Assembly (NCBI GenBank): GCA_029561355.1
Contig: JAKQJD010000267.1
Span: 3,299-67,298, forward strand
Source of the DNA: Bacteroidota bacterium
Lineage (GTDB): Bacteria; Bacteroidota; Bacteroidia; Chitinophagales; Saprospiraceae
DNA length: 64,000 bases
Reading direction: 5' to 3'
Shown here piece after piece: positions 8,746-19,300 of this stretch. The notes below the pieces were generated by a model, which was not told the origin of the DNA, did no database searches, and saw only the letters and a list, made by a program, of their open reading frames with translations. Both the position numbers and the translations under genes were made by a program. Within the stretch, counting starts at the first letter, position 1; the number at the start of each line of letters is the position of its first letter.

Positions 8746-11529
8746 TCAATGAATTACGAGCACTTTCGCGCCACGTGATGTACCGCTGATTACCTGTACC
8801 ATATACACGCCGGCCGACAGTTCGGGTAGGAAACATCGCTGCTGACCTGCCGGGCAATGTACGGCCTGCTGAATTCGGCCATTGGCATCATAAATCTCTA
8901 ACCGTGCGTCGTTTTTGAGCCTTTCGGGCAAATTCAGCATCACAGCCCTGCCTTGCATACCCGGGTTGGGCATCAGGGAAAAATCAAGCGATGCCACAAC
9001 CGGATGATGTAAACCTACTGGTAAACTGGCCACACGAAATACCGCCGGCTGCGTAATCACCGGCGCATTGTAGTCGAAATAAATACCGGCCGAATTCATA
9101 ATCGAATCGCCGGGTGCCAGGCCAGTGTGCGGTTTTGCCTGAAATACCGCAAATCCGTGGCTCTTCGGTTCATTGCTGATGCTATCGGGCAAATCAATCG
9201 GATCGAAACGGAATTCCAGGATCCGCCCGTTGTAAATCCGCCATGTGAACGGGTGGCTTGCGCCCTGTATCTGCAAGGTACTCAAGTCGAGTTGGGCAGG
9301 AAGGGTGTCGCGAATCACCACAAACGATGCCGGGTAGTTGCCGGTATTTTGAAAGCGGATGACATACTGCAAGGCGCTGGTATCCAGTTGTTCCTGCATC
9401 AGCATGTCGGGCGCCACCTGTTTGTCGTTGGGGTCGAAGGAATTGACAACCTGGTCGGTGTACCGCGAAAAATTGTTTTCAAAATTGGCATCGTCTTCCG
9501 GCCCGATACTGGCCGAAAATACGACGGGGGTGTTAATGGGCGTATTAACCGGGGTTCGAAACGTTAGCCTGAACCACGTGCTTTGACCGGGCGCCAGCGA
9601 ATCGATGATCCAGGAAAAATGATTGTCGGCTTCCACGGTCGGCGTCGGATCGCCCGACACGAATTCGAGGGGCAAAGGCGTGGTTTGTGTCACAAGCAGC
9701 AAATCGACTTTTGCCGAATCGACCGGCAACGTACCCACATTGGTTACGAATACCTGCACGTCGGTTGCAAATCCGGGCCGGAAGCGTGTCGAATTGACTG
9801 CCACAAGGCACAGATCGTGAAAAAGCGGATACACCGCCCCAAAATCCATCGGCGTTTCCATCGAATCGGGAATAGCGAAAGCAGGCGAGACCATCCAGAG
9901 GGGCTTGTTGACGGCAGCCTTTACGGTATCGTCTATGATATCGGAATAAATCCGGTATTGGCCGGCATCGTCGGTTGTGGCGTACAAACCCGCTTCGGGC
10001 ACGCTGATGAGCACGTTTGGCAGTCCGGGCTCGTCGGTGTCACGGGTGCCGTTCTCATTGGCATCATGAAAAACCGTACCGGAAAAATTCCAGTTCTGGG
10101 TCATGTTCAGCAGGAAAATATCGACAAAACCTGCGGCGGCGAGGTTGTTTACCGGCGCCAGCGGATTAAAATCCACCGTGCCAACGAAACTGCCCAGCAT
10201 AAACAAATTTCCGTAAGGGTCGATTTGCAGCGATACGGCGCCGTCTGTGCCGGTACTGCCCGTGCGCCTGGCCCACACCATGTTGCCGGCACTGTCCAAT
10301 TTCATTAAAAATGCGTCTTCCGAACCCGAAGCGGCCGTCATGTTGAACACGCCCGGGCCCGGGTTGAAATCGGCTGTTTGTGAAAACGTGCCGCAGACGT
10401 ACACGGCGCCCTCGTTGTCAAAACAAACGGATTGGGCTTCTTCGGTTATATTTCCGTTTCCGGTAATATGCCGCGCCCAGACGAGCTTGCCGTCCAGGTC
10501 GAGGTTCAGGATAAACGGATCATACCCATTGGCGGTAAGGCTTGCCGTGCCGGGCCCCGGGTCGAAATCGGCCGTTTCGGAAAAAGTACCGCTGATATAC
10601 AGGTTGTCTGTGCCATCGGTTTTTATTTCGCTGCCAAATTGAAAGTACGAGCCGGTTACCTGTTTTGCCCATACATACTGGCCGGACGCATCCATTTTTT
10701 GAACGAACATATTGGCATAAACCCCGCCCATCACGTTGAGGTTGGCTGTGCCGGGGCCGGGATCCATATCGGCAATATGCCGGAATACGCCCATTGTATA
10801 AACGGAACCTTGCGCATCGACGGTCACATCGTCGACACTTTCCGCATTAGCACCGCCAATGCTGCGCGCCCATTCCAGGGTGCCTTTCCAGTCCATTTTG
10901 GTGATAAAAACATCGGATTCGCCCGCAGAAGTGAGTTCCAGCACATTGGATCCAGGGTCGAAGTCGCCCGTTCCGGTGTAAGCGCCGCAGGTGTAGATGT
11001 TACCCCGCGGATCGATGGCGAGGCCGCGGATACTTTCCGAATTGGCTCCGCCCATCTGGTTTACCCAGTCGAATCGCCCTTCCGGATCGAGTTTCAGAAT
11101 AAAGGCATCGTAACTGCCGGTTGCTGTCAGTATGTGTTCTTCCTGACCGGGATCGAAGTCCACAATTCCGGAAAAAAGGCCTGCCAATACCACATATCCC
11201 CGGGCATCGACCCGGATTACGTTGGCTACTTCGGCATCCGGGCCGCTGATATGCCGCGCCCAAAGCAGCCGGCCTTCCGGGTTTAATTTGACTACAAAAA
11301 GATCGGACATGCCGGCGGAAGTAACATTCAGTACACCGGGGCCGGGATCCAGATCAGCCGTGAGGTTGAACGTTCCTGTGATGTAAATATTCCCGAATTC
11401 ATCGAGGGCGACCGATTCAGGGGTTTCGAGGCTGGTGCCTCCCAAACCCAGTGCCCAGCCGAAATCCTGCGCGGTAGCAGGGATGGTGAAAAAGATTCCA
11501 AAGCATGCAAGGAGGAGTAATCTGTACAT
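8746..11529 (-). CDS. Large secreted beta-propeller-repeat (SBBP-like) protein with a T9SS C-terminal sorting domain
   Basis: Signal peptide MYRLLLLACFGIFFTIPATAQ. About 10 repeats of the pattern GxF.GT.DFDPGPG...L.S.G..D.F..KLD..G...WA. The C-terminal ~80 aa (LMPNPG...LEIYDANGR...LSAGVYMVQV) fit the type A T9SS CTD. Confidence 0.8.
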   Translation of the reverse strand: MYRLLLLACFGIFFTIPATAQDFGWALGLGGTSLETPESVALDEFGNIYITGTFNLTADLDPGPGVLNVTSAGMSDLFVVKLNPEGRLLWARHISGPDAEVANVIRVDARGYVVLAGLFSGIVDFDPGQEEHILTATGSYDAFILKLDPEGRFDWVNQMGGANSESIRGLAIDPRGNIYTCGAYTGTGDFDPGSNVLELTSAGESDVFITKMDWKGTLEWARSIGGANAESVDDVTVDAQGSVYTMGVFRHIADMDPGPGTANLNVMGGVYANMFVQKMDASGQYVWAKQVTGSYFQFGSEIKTDGTDNLYISGTFSETADFDPGPGTASLTANGYDPFILNLDLDGKLVWARHITGNGNITEEAQSVCFDNEGAVYVCGTFSQTADFNPGPGVFNMTAASGSEDAFLMKLDSAGNMVWARRTGSTGTDGAVSLQIDPYGNLFMLGSFVGTVDFNPLAPVNNLAAAGFVDIFLLNMTQNWNFSGTVFHDANENGTRDTDEPGLPNVLISVPEAGLYATTDDAGQYRIYSDIIDDTVKAAVNKPLWMVSPAFAIPDSMETPMDFGAVYPLFHDLCLVAVNSTRFRPGFATDVQVFVTNVGTLPVDSAKVDLLLVTQTTPLPLEFVSGDPTPTVEADNHFSWIIDSLAPGQSTWFRLTFRTPVNTPINTPVVFSASIGPEDDANFENNFSRYTDQVVNSFDPNDKQVAPDMLMQEQLDTSALQYVIRFQNTGNYPASFVVIRDTLPAQLDLSTLQIQGASHPFTWRIYNGRILEFRFDPIDLPDSISNEPKSHGFAVFQAKPHTGLAPGDSIMNSAGIYFDYNAPVITQPAVFRVASLPVGLHHPVVASLDFSLMPNPGMQGRAVMLNLPERLKNDARLEIYDANGRIQQAVHCPAGQQRCFLPELSAGVYMVQVISGTSRGAKVLVIH

Positions 11530-11718
11530 CTTTAATGAATAATTTATGATCAGGATTCGGGAAATTACAGTGCGGTGATATGCCGCTTGCCTAAAAGATC
11601 AGTAAAACTACATGGCCCGGACACAAATTCCATGCTGCGCCGCTTTTTTCTATGCAAGTTTACTGTTTATCTTTAACCCGCATAATCCATTTATCCACAC
11701 GTTTTATTCGCTTCTTTT

Positions 11719-13278
11719 ATGTTAGTAAAAACCTATGCGGGCTCCGTCCATGGGGTCGATGCGCAAACGATCACCATCGAAACCAACACCGGTGGCGCAG
11801 TCGGCAACACCGACAAACTCGGCATTTTTATCGTCGGTCTACCCGACAGCGCCGTGCGTGAAAGCCTCCCGCGCATCGAAGCCGCTGTGAAGAACTCCGG
11901 CTTCCGGCTTCCACGACTCAAAACGATCATTAACCTCGCCCCTGCCGACATTCGCAAGGAAGGTTCCGCATTCGACCTGCCCATCGCGCTGGGTATGCTG
12001 GCCGGCTCGGGCGTGATCCCCCCCGATGGGCTCGACGAGTATTTTATCATGGGCGAACTCTCGCTTGACGGCTCGCTGCGGCCCATCAAAGGGGCCCTGC
12101 CGATTTCCATTCAGGCAAGAAAGGAAAAATTCAAGGGATTTATTTTGCCCAAAGCCAATGCGCGCGAAGCCGCCATCGTGAGCGACGTGGCTATTTACGG
12201 CGTGGAAAACCTGTGCGAAGCCATCGAAATTCTGAGTGGCGAATCGGACATCAAACCCTTGCAGGTGAATACCCGCGAAGAATTCGCCCATGCTGCCGGT
12301 GTCTACGATGTCGATTTCGCCGACGTCAAAGGCCAGGAAAACATCAAACGCGCCCTCGAACTGGCGGCTGCGGGCGGCCACAACGTCATCCTGATCGGTC
12401 CGCCGGGCGCAGGCAAAACCATGCTGGCGCGGCGCCTGCCCACCATCCTGCCGCCACTCACACTCTATGAGGCGCTGGATACTACGAAAATCCATTCCGT
12501 TTCCGGCATCCTGCCCGACAACGCCGCGCTGGTCACCACGCGCCCATTCCGCGCGCCGCACCACACCATCAGCGATGTAGCCCTCGTGGGCGGCGGCTCG
12601 GATCCCATGCCGGGCGAGATCAGTCTGGCGCACAACGGCGTTTTGTTTCTCGACGAATTGCCGGAGTTCAAACGCACCGCGCTCGAAGTGATGCGGCAGC
12701 CCATGGAGGAGCGCCGGGTGACCATCAGCCGTGCCAAGGTGAGCGTCGATTATCCCGCGAGTTTTATGCTGGTGGCTTCCATGAATCCCTGCCCCTGCGG
12801 CTACTACAATCACCCCGATAAAGACTGCGTGTGCGGCCCGGGCGTCGTCAAACGCTACGTCTCCAAAATCTCCGGTCCGCTGCTCGACCGCATCGACCTG
12901 CACGTGGAAGTGACGCCGGTGAGTTACGACGAACTCACCACCACCGAACGCCCCAAACTCACGAGCACGGACATTCGCGAACGTGTGTTGCTCGCCCGCG
13001 AAGTGCAGGCCGAACGGTTCAAGGATCTTCGCGACGTGTATTCCAACGCGCAAATGCCCAGCCGAATGGTGCACGACGTATGTAAACTTGATTCCACCGG
13101 TCTGACTTTGTTAAAAACGGCCATGGAACGGCTGCAACTCAGCGCCCGGGCGTATGACCGGATTTTGAAGGTGGCGCGGACGGCGGCGGATTTGGCGGGG
13201 AGTAAGGATATTCGGATTGAGGATTTGGCGGAGGCGATACATTATCGGAGCTTGGATAGAGAGGGATGGGCGGGCTAA
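11719..13278 (+). CDS. comM: YifB/ComM family Mg-chelatase-like AAA+ ATPase
   Basis: 519 aa. N-terminal Lon-protease-like region, Walker A GPPGAGKT, Walker B VLFLDELPEF, and the zinc-ribbon-like NPCPCGYYNHPDKDCVCG characteristic of ComM/YifB. Confidence 0.95.
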   Translation: MLVKTYAGSVHGVDAQTITIETNTGGAVGNTDKLGIFIVGLPDSAVRESLPRIEAAVKNSGFRLPRLKTIINLAPADIRKEGSAFDLPIALGMLAGSGVIPPDGLDEYFIMGELSLDGSLRPIKGALPISIQARKEKFKGFILPKANAREAAIVSDVAIYGVENLCEAIEILSGESDIKPLQVNTREEFAHAAGVYDVDFADVKGQENIKRALELAAAGGHNVILIGPPGAGKTMLARRLPTILPPLTLYEALDTTKIHSVSGILPDNAALVTTRPFRAPHHTISDVALVGGGSDPMPGEISLAHNGVLFLDELPEFKRTALEVMRQPMEERRVTISRAKVSVDYPASFMLVASMNPCPCGYYNHPDKDCVCGPGVVKRYVSKISGPLLDRIDLHVEVTPVSYDELTTTERPKLTSTDIRERVLLAREVQAERFKDLRDVYSNAQMPSRMVHDVCKLDSTGLTLLKTAMERLQLSARAYDRILKVARTAADLAGSKDIRIEDLAEAIHYRSLDREGWAG

Positions 13279-13470
13279 TACTTCGTTGTTCGATATTCGG
13301 TGTTCGGTGTTCGGTGTTCGATATTTTTTAAATTTCGAACACCGAACACCGAATATCGAACAACGAAGTAAAGTATAAATGATTGAATATAATAAGTTTA
13401 TGAACCAGAAATCTAATTCCAAATACGATCTTGAAGATAGGCTGATTGAATTTGCGGTGCGCATCATTGA
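12787..13470 (+). repeat. Left copy of the ~0.7 kb direct repeat (comM 3' end, hairpin, first ~90 nt of the four-helix-bundle gene)
   Basis: Manual alignment with 43952-44650. Homology starts at ccctgcccctgcgg and ends at gcatcattga in both copies. Confidence 0.9.
13279..13370. repeat. Long word-repeat hairpin (GGTGTTCG / CGAACACC words) immediately 3' of comM; probable terminator
   Basis: tacttcgttgttcgatattcggtgttcggtgttcggtgttcgat...atttcgaacaccgaacaccgaatatcgaacaacgaagta forms a stem of about 40 bp. Confidence 0.85.
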
Positions 13471-13771
13471 TCTGGCAGAAGCCTTGCCCGGGACTGTAGC
13501 AAGCAAAAACCTGGGTAGCCAAATCGTGCGTTCCGGAACGTCACCCGCTTTGAACTATGCAGAGGCTCAATCCGCTGAATCAAAAAATGATTTTGTGCAT
13601 AAGATGAAAATTTGCCTGAAAGAATTGAGGGAAACCCTGGTGTGTCTGAAAATCATTTTACTAAAAGGATATTTCAAAGAAACCAAACTGGCCGCTCTGC
13701 TAAAGGAAAACAGTGAGTTGATTTCGATTTTTGTCAAAAGCATTCAGACGGCAAAAAACAATGCAAAATGA
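13379..13771 (+). CDS. Four-helix-bundle protein (23S rRNA intervening-sequence protein family)
   Basis: 130 aa. Family-typical motifs: LEDRLIEFAVRIIDL, QIVRSGTSPALNYAEAQSAESKNDFVHKMKICLKELRET. Confidence 0.85.
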   Translation: MIEYNKFMNQKSNSKYDLEDRLIEFAVRIIDLAEALPGTVASKNLGSQIVRSGTSPALNYAEAQSAESKNDFVHKMKICLKELRETLVCLKIILLKGYFKETKLAALLKENSELISIFVKSIQTAKNNAK

Positions 13772-14463
13772 AGGAATATTAAAGGCCTGGCGAGCCCGCT
13801 ATTGGCCTAAAATTAATTGCAAAACGAAACGGGTTCCGCCACTGGTTTGGGAAAAATAATGAACCGATTTCTATTTTCGTTATACCAATACGATAACCGA
13901 TCACTTGAGTTGCGATTTGCGATTGGATTTATGAATGGAGATTTTTTTGAATGGCAATCACTTCTTTATAAATGAAAGTAACGAGTAGATTGCCATATTT
14001 GTAGCGAGTAACAAAACCGTTTCAATGAAAAAGTCATGCCTGACTCGAAGCGTAAATCGCCAATCGGAAATCCAATCGGAATTTACTCCGATAAAGACAC
14101 CGCTATCTGCGCCTGATGAAGAATCCGCCGCGTTTCTGCATCCGTAAAAATACCTGTTTTTAAATTCGAGTATTTCTGCTCTATGTATCTGACTTTGTCG
14201 GAGTACATCTTTGCATAAAGAATTATTGATTGGATAATGTTCAGGTCGATAGTTCAGTGAAAAGGAACTGGGCGCCACAAACACTCCTTGCTATTCCGGC
14301 AAAGGCCCTTCTTTACTAAAATTTGGTATTGGTTTCCAACCGGCGTACAACCGCCACTCACCTTGCACTTGCACCGGCCGGGGGTAAGATGTCGTGCCTT
14401 CCGGCAAGGCGTCTGAGTACCGACCACGTTAACTACATATCTAACACCATTTAAATTAAAATT

Positions 14464-16314
14464 ATGGGATACGATCCAAATGAATGTACCAGGAAAATTG
14501 TGGCGAAAGGCCGCATACCTTGCGACGGGTTGAGCCTGCCTTATCATTGCGATACGATTACCGGCGTGGGCGGTGACTACCACGATGAATGTGTCGACGC
14601 AGGAATTATTTATTTCCAGGTAAGGGTGGCTACCTGCTGGAATTCGACAACCAATCAGTCGAGGTACTTTCCGCCTTCTACCTTTTTCCGCGACTGCGAC
14701 GCGCTGCACAGTCAGGACCCGGCCTGGCAGCAACGCTGGTGCTACTGCTGCTGTGCCTGTTTTGCCAAAGATACCCTCGTGGCGGTACCGGGCGGATATG
14801 CGGAAATATACACCATCCCGCAGGGCGCCAAAGTGCTCACTGCTTCTGCCTATGAAAAGGGCGGACTGACGTGGTCCGAGTCAACCGTAAAATTCAGTAT
14901 GGGCACAGGCGAAGGCCCACAACCGTTTATGGTGTACATCGGCTTCGAAAAAGAAGGTACGAAAGACCTGATCTGTACGCAAGAACAGCCTTTCCTGCTC
15001 TCCAACGGGAAATATACCACCGCCGGCAAACTTACCCCCGGCATGCAACTGGTGGATAAAGAAGGGGAACCGGTAGACATACAGTTCGTGAGCCTCGGTT
15101 ATTACGATGGCGCAGTGCACCACATCGCTACTGCCGCGCCCTGGACGGGTTCTCCGGCCGGGCACCTGATCCTTGCAGGCGGCGTTGTAGCAGGCGACTT
15201 CGAAATGCAAATCAAATTCGGAGAACTTCCTGACCACCTGAAAGATGACGTGGATAATACACAGCCGGTGATCGGAACCCAGGCGTACGACGAGGCAGTG
15301 AGCAAACTTGGCAATGTTTCCATGCCTTCCGATGCCCACTTTCAGTTCAGATACAAAAATACGGCGGGCGGAAATGAAACGTCGAAACAACTCGGAAGCG
15401 GCGTATTCAAAACCTATAGCCGGATCACTTCACCCGTGCCGGTGGGCGCCCAGTCATTGCTCACCGCTCAGCAGGCCCGCGATGTACTGAAAAACGGCAC
15501 GCAGGTGACGTTCTCGGACCCTACACCGAAATATTTCTTTGAAACTGCGCAGATCCAGCTTAATGCCTATTTCCCTGACATCGTCTTCTACTACGATGCA
15601 TTCGATATGCTCCCCAATGTGTATGCTTTCGACGCGTACGGAAAGAAGATCGTTCAGGTTTCGGGGGGGCTGGCACGGCTGGCAGAATTTAATTTCGAAG
15701 GCCTTATCATGGCGATGGCGCACGGCGCCGGATGCTTCTATGGAGGCGCGCCTAAAACTTTCGACGGATATACCGCCGTTGGGCAGGCCGATCGCTTCGC
15801 CTTCGGGTCTGTTACCCGCAGTTTGTGGCTGGGCGATCCGGCATTCGGGTACATCGATGCAGGTATTCGTCAATGGATGTATATGTTCGATCTCATCAAC
15901 CCGGACCACAGAGGCGGTACCGATCCCATTTCCAACCCGTCTATCGAATGCCGGGAAATGGTCATACAATCGGCGCCGTTTGGCGGCGGGCTACCTCCAT
16001 GCGCAGGCGGCACACCTCCCAGACTGATCCAGTTGCAGGTTGCGCAGGCCGTTTCCCTTACGCAGGTGGAACTCGTATTCAACCTCGCTATTAATCCGGA
16101 AACAGCAAACAACGTAGCCAACTACGAGTTTTCACCGGAAGTAAAGGTGCTCCAGGCCAGACGAAGCGTGGAAAAAGATTTCGTAGTAGAACTAGAACTC
16201 GAAACAGAACTGACGGCCGGCGAATCTTACCGGGTTACCGCCAAAAACCTTCAATCGGCTTTGGGTACGGGTATGGACCCGCTGCACGCCAGCGCGGAAT
16301 TTACTGCCCCATAA
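14464..16314 (+). CDS. Hint (Hedgehog/intein-like) domain protein with a Cys-rich N-terminal region and an Ig-like C-terminus
   Basis: 616 aa. The Hint module spans about aa 99-245 (nt 14758-15198). It starts CFAKDTLVAVPGG..I..IPQGAKVLT and ends AVHHIAT...HLILAGGVVAGD. A CYCCCAC cluster precedes it. The C-terminal ~90 aa resemble an Ig-like (SbsA/Big-type) domain. Confidence 0.75.
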   Translation: MGYDPNECTRKIVAKGRIPCDGLSLPYHCDTITGVGGDYHDECVDAGIIYFQVRVATCWNSTTNQSRYFPPSTFFRDCDALHSQDPAWQQRWCYCCCACFAKDTLVAVPGGYAEIYTIPQGAKVLTASAYEKGGLTWSESTVKFSMGTGEGPQPFMVYIGFEKEGTKDLICTQEQPFLLSNGKYTTAGKLTPGMQLVDKEGEPVDIQFVSLGYYDGAVHHIATAAPWTGSPAGHLILAGGVVAGDFEMQIKFGELPDHLKDDVDNTQPVIGTQAYDEAVSKLGNVSMPSDAHFQFRYKNTAGGNETSKQLGSGVFKTYSRITSPVPVGAQSLLTAQQARDVLKNGTQVTFSDPTPKYFFETAQIQLNAYFPDIVFYYDAFDMLPNVYAFDAYGKKIVQVSGGLARLAEFNFEGLIMAMAHGAGCFYGGAPKTFDGYTAVGQADRFAFGSVTRSLWLGDPAFGYIDAGIRQWMYMFDLINPDHRGGTDPISNPSIECREMVIQSAPFGGGLPPCAGGTPPRLIQLQVAQAVSLTQVELVFNLAINPETANNVANYEFSPEVKVLQARRSVEKDFVVELELETELTAGESYRVTAKNLQSALGTGMDPLHASAEFTAP

Positions 16315-16383
16315 TTCGACGTACAACACATCATCTGTAGAAGAGGCGGTGGCCTGAAACCACCGCCTCCCTTTGCCCATCGT

Positions 16384-19300
16384 ATGGCGTATACCGCATA
16401 TACGGCCCGTTTTTTCAAATTTCACTTCCAGTATATGAATAACAATCCTGTCAATGGCGACATGGATATGAGAAGACCTTCTTTTCAGGAGATTACCATG
16501 CCGAAGGGTGGCGGGGCCATGCGAGGCCTGGGCGATACTTACAAAGCGGATCTCTTGAAAGGCACAGGGGCTTATTCCATTCCACTACCGGTAACGCCGG
16601 CAAGAGGGTTCGAACCCCAATGGAGCCTCGACTACAATTCGGGAGCAGGCAACAGTGCATTCGGCCTGGGCTTTTCGCTTGCCATTCCGGGCATTTCGAT
16701 CAATACCGAAAAGAGAATCCCTCGTTACGACGGGCATGATGTATTTATTTCGGCCGATCAGGGCGAACTGGTGCTTCGGGAAAGCACCGCGCAGGCGCCC
16801 AACCCACGTAAAGTGACTACGGAAACCGGACAATACGACGTGTTTACGTACCTGCCTCGCATCGAATCTGCTTATTCCCGAATAGAGTGCTGGAAAAAGG
16901 AAAATAATGCAGAAACCTACTGGAAAGTAACGTCCCGGGAAAATGTGGTTTCCTACTTTGGACGCAACGCTGCCTCCCGTATTTTCAACCCGGACGATCC
17001 CTTGCAGGTGTTCGAATGGCTGCTCGACGAATCTATCGACCCAAGAGAGAATCGCGTCCTGTACAACTATCGGGAAGAAAACGAGGCCAACGTACCGAAG
17101 GAGGTATACGAGGTAAACAGATCCTGTACGGCACAGCGTTATCTCCACAGTATCCAGTACGGAAATTATGTGAACCCCGACGGCAACGGCGAGCGGTTCG
17201 CATTCACCGTTGTATTCGATTACGGGGAATACGACATCAGCAATCCGATTACAGCCTGGACGCCCGTTCGGGAATGGGCTTGCAGGCCCGATCCTTTCTC
17301 TAGTTACAGAAGCGGATTCGAGATCAGAACATTCAGACTTTGCCAGACAGTCCTTCTTTTCCACCATTTCGAAAGAGAGCTGGGGGCGCCTTTCCTCGTC
17401 AAAGCCACGACACTGGAATATAGCCACGCGGAGGCTTACGACCCGATCCGTTTTTACGGAATGTCGAAGATGAAAAAAGCGGGTCTCCTGGCCTTCCGGA
17501 AAACGTCGGAAAGCGCTTTCCGGAAGCAACAACTCCCGCCCCTCGAATTCGCATGGTCCGAAATGATTGCCCCGGAACGCCCGGAATTCCGCACGCTGAC
17601 CACCACCGACGGGTTTCCGATACCGGGTTATCTGGAGCCGGGCCAGTTCTTTCCCATCGATCTGAATGGCGAAGGTATTCCGGGATTGCTGTACACCGAC
17701 GGGCAATCGGTACTGTATCTCGAACCGGAAGGGGATGGGAAATACAAGCGGCCTGCCGTTCTGCCGGATTTTCCAATCAATCGGAACATAGGCGAAGGCA
17801 AGGTTTCCATTCAGGATGTGGATGGAAACGGTCATCTGGAACTCGTGGTTGCCGATGAAAACAAAGCAGGATTCTACGAACGGGTAGATGGAAAAGCCTG
17901 GCAACACTTCCGGCCCTTCCTGCGATATCCAACTGATTATGCCCATCCGCAGATGGAAAATGCCGATCTGGGCGGAAACGGCAAGTCAGACCTGCTACTA
18001 ATTAGCCGGAATGAGATAAGCATTTATAATTCGGAAGGAACTACGGGCTACGAACGGCTCCGTACCGTATTAAACGAGAACGGAATTCCAATAGCCGGCA
18101 GTCGTAATCCGGCAGAACTGGTAAGTTTTGCCAATATCTTCGGCGACGGGATGGCGCACCGCGTACGCGTCACCGGAAACTCGGTAGAATGCTGGCCATC
18201 GCTCGGATACGGGAATTTCGGCGAACAGGTAACGATGGGCAATCCGCCCGATTTCGGTGAGCAATTCGATGCGGCACGGCTTTACTTTGCCGATATAGAC
18301 GGTTCTGGCACCGCCGATTTGATCTACGTACATCCGGACAGGGTAGAGGTTTACCTGAACCAGTCGGGAAATTCCTTTTCAGCGCCTGTCACCATTTACC
18401 TTCCGGCGCCTTTCAGCGCACTTGACCAGATCAATTTTGCCGATATACTGGGCAACGGAACTTCGTGCCTGGTTTTTACCAAAATTACGCCCACCCCCGT
18501 TCAGTACTGGTACAATTTTGCCGGGGAAACGCCAACGGAAAGCGGAAATGTAACTGCCTGCATCAAACCATATCTGCTGTGTCAAATAGACAATCATTTA
18601 GGCTCCCTTACTACCATTCGCTACGGTAGTTCCACGCGCTACGCACTGGAAGATAAACAAAAGGGGCGCCCCTGGCCTACCACACTTCCATTTCCGGTGC
18701 AGGTAGTGGAAGAAATCTCTATCCACGACAGCATTTCGGGCTTGCACACAACGCAACGCTATTCGTGGCACGATGGATATTATGATTCGCAGGACAGGGC
18801 TTTTCGCGGCTTCGGTTATGTAGAATCCTGGGACACAGAATCGGAAGAGAGCGGGGCAGGAAAAACGGGCTCCATCTCACCCGTTTACACCCGTTCCTGG
18901 TTTCTTACCGGGGCTTACGCCGAATACAATACCCTGCTGAATCAGTACCGACAGGAGTATTTCAACAAGGATACGGAAGCGCTCGACTTTCCCCGCAGCT
19001 TTTTCGATCCCGATATTTACAGCCACAATGATTCCACCATCAGGCAGGCTTATAATGCATTGAGAGACAAACTCCTGCGCCGGGAAGTGTATGCCGCCGA
19101 CCTTTCCACGCTGTCCGACATTCCTTACACCGTGGAAGAATCCAACTACACCGTGGTATTAATTCAGGCTGCGAATGAAGAGGACCATGGCGTGTATCGG
19201 ATAGACAGCCGTGAAAGCATTGTATACAACTACGAGCGCAACTACCAGGACCCGGCCGCTACTCAGCAATTTACGCTGGAAGTGGACCCCCTGTGTGGAG

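Noticed and set aside
11839-13074. 411-aa minus-strand ORF antisense to comM. Similar long antisense or out-of-frame ORFs occur at 16585-17946, 19480-20307, 21388-22419, 24012-25181, 27561-28559, 28734-30032, 33544-34371, 37402-38118, 48754-49692, 51268-52476, 58336-59505, 9583-10308 and 10432-11286.
   Set aside because: Each lies entirely within, and opposite to or out of frame with, a gene that has strong family motifs. Their translations are Arg/Gly/His-rich and low-complexity with no motifs. These are typical shadow ORFs.
13958-14733. Minus-strand ORFs 13958-14284 (108 aa) and 14254-14733 (159 aa)
   Set aside because: The second overlaps the 5' part of the Hint gene in antisense. The first lies in AT-rich leader DNA and has an implausible composition. 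Neither has motifs or sensible start contexts.
16600-16625. tRNA T-arm-like string gggttcgaacccc
   Set aside because: It is embedded in the conserved SpvB coding region (PARGFEPQW), and there is no surrounding cloverleaf potential.
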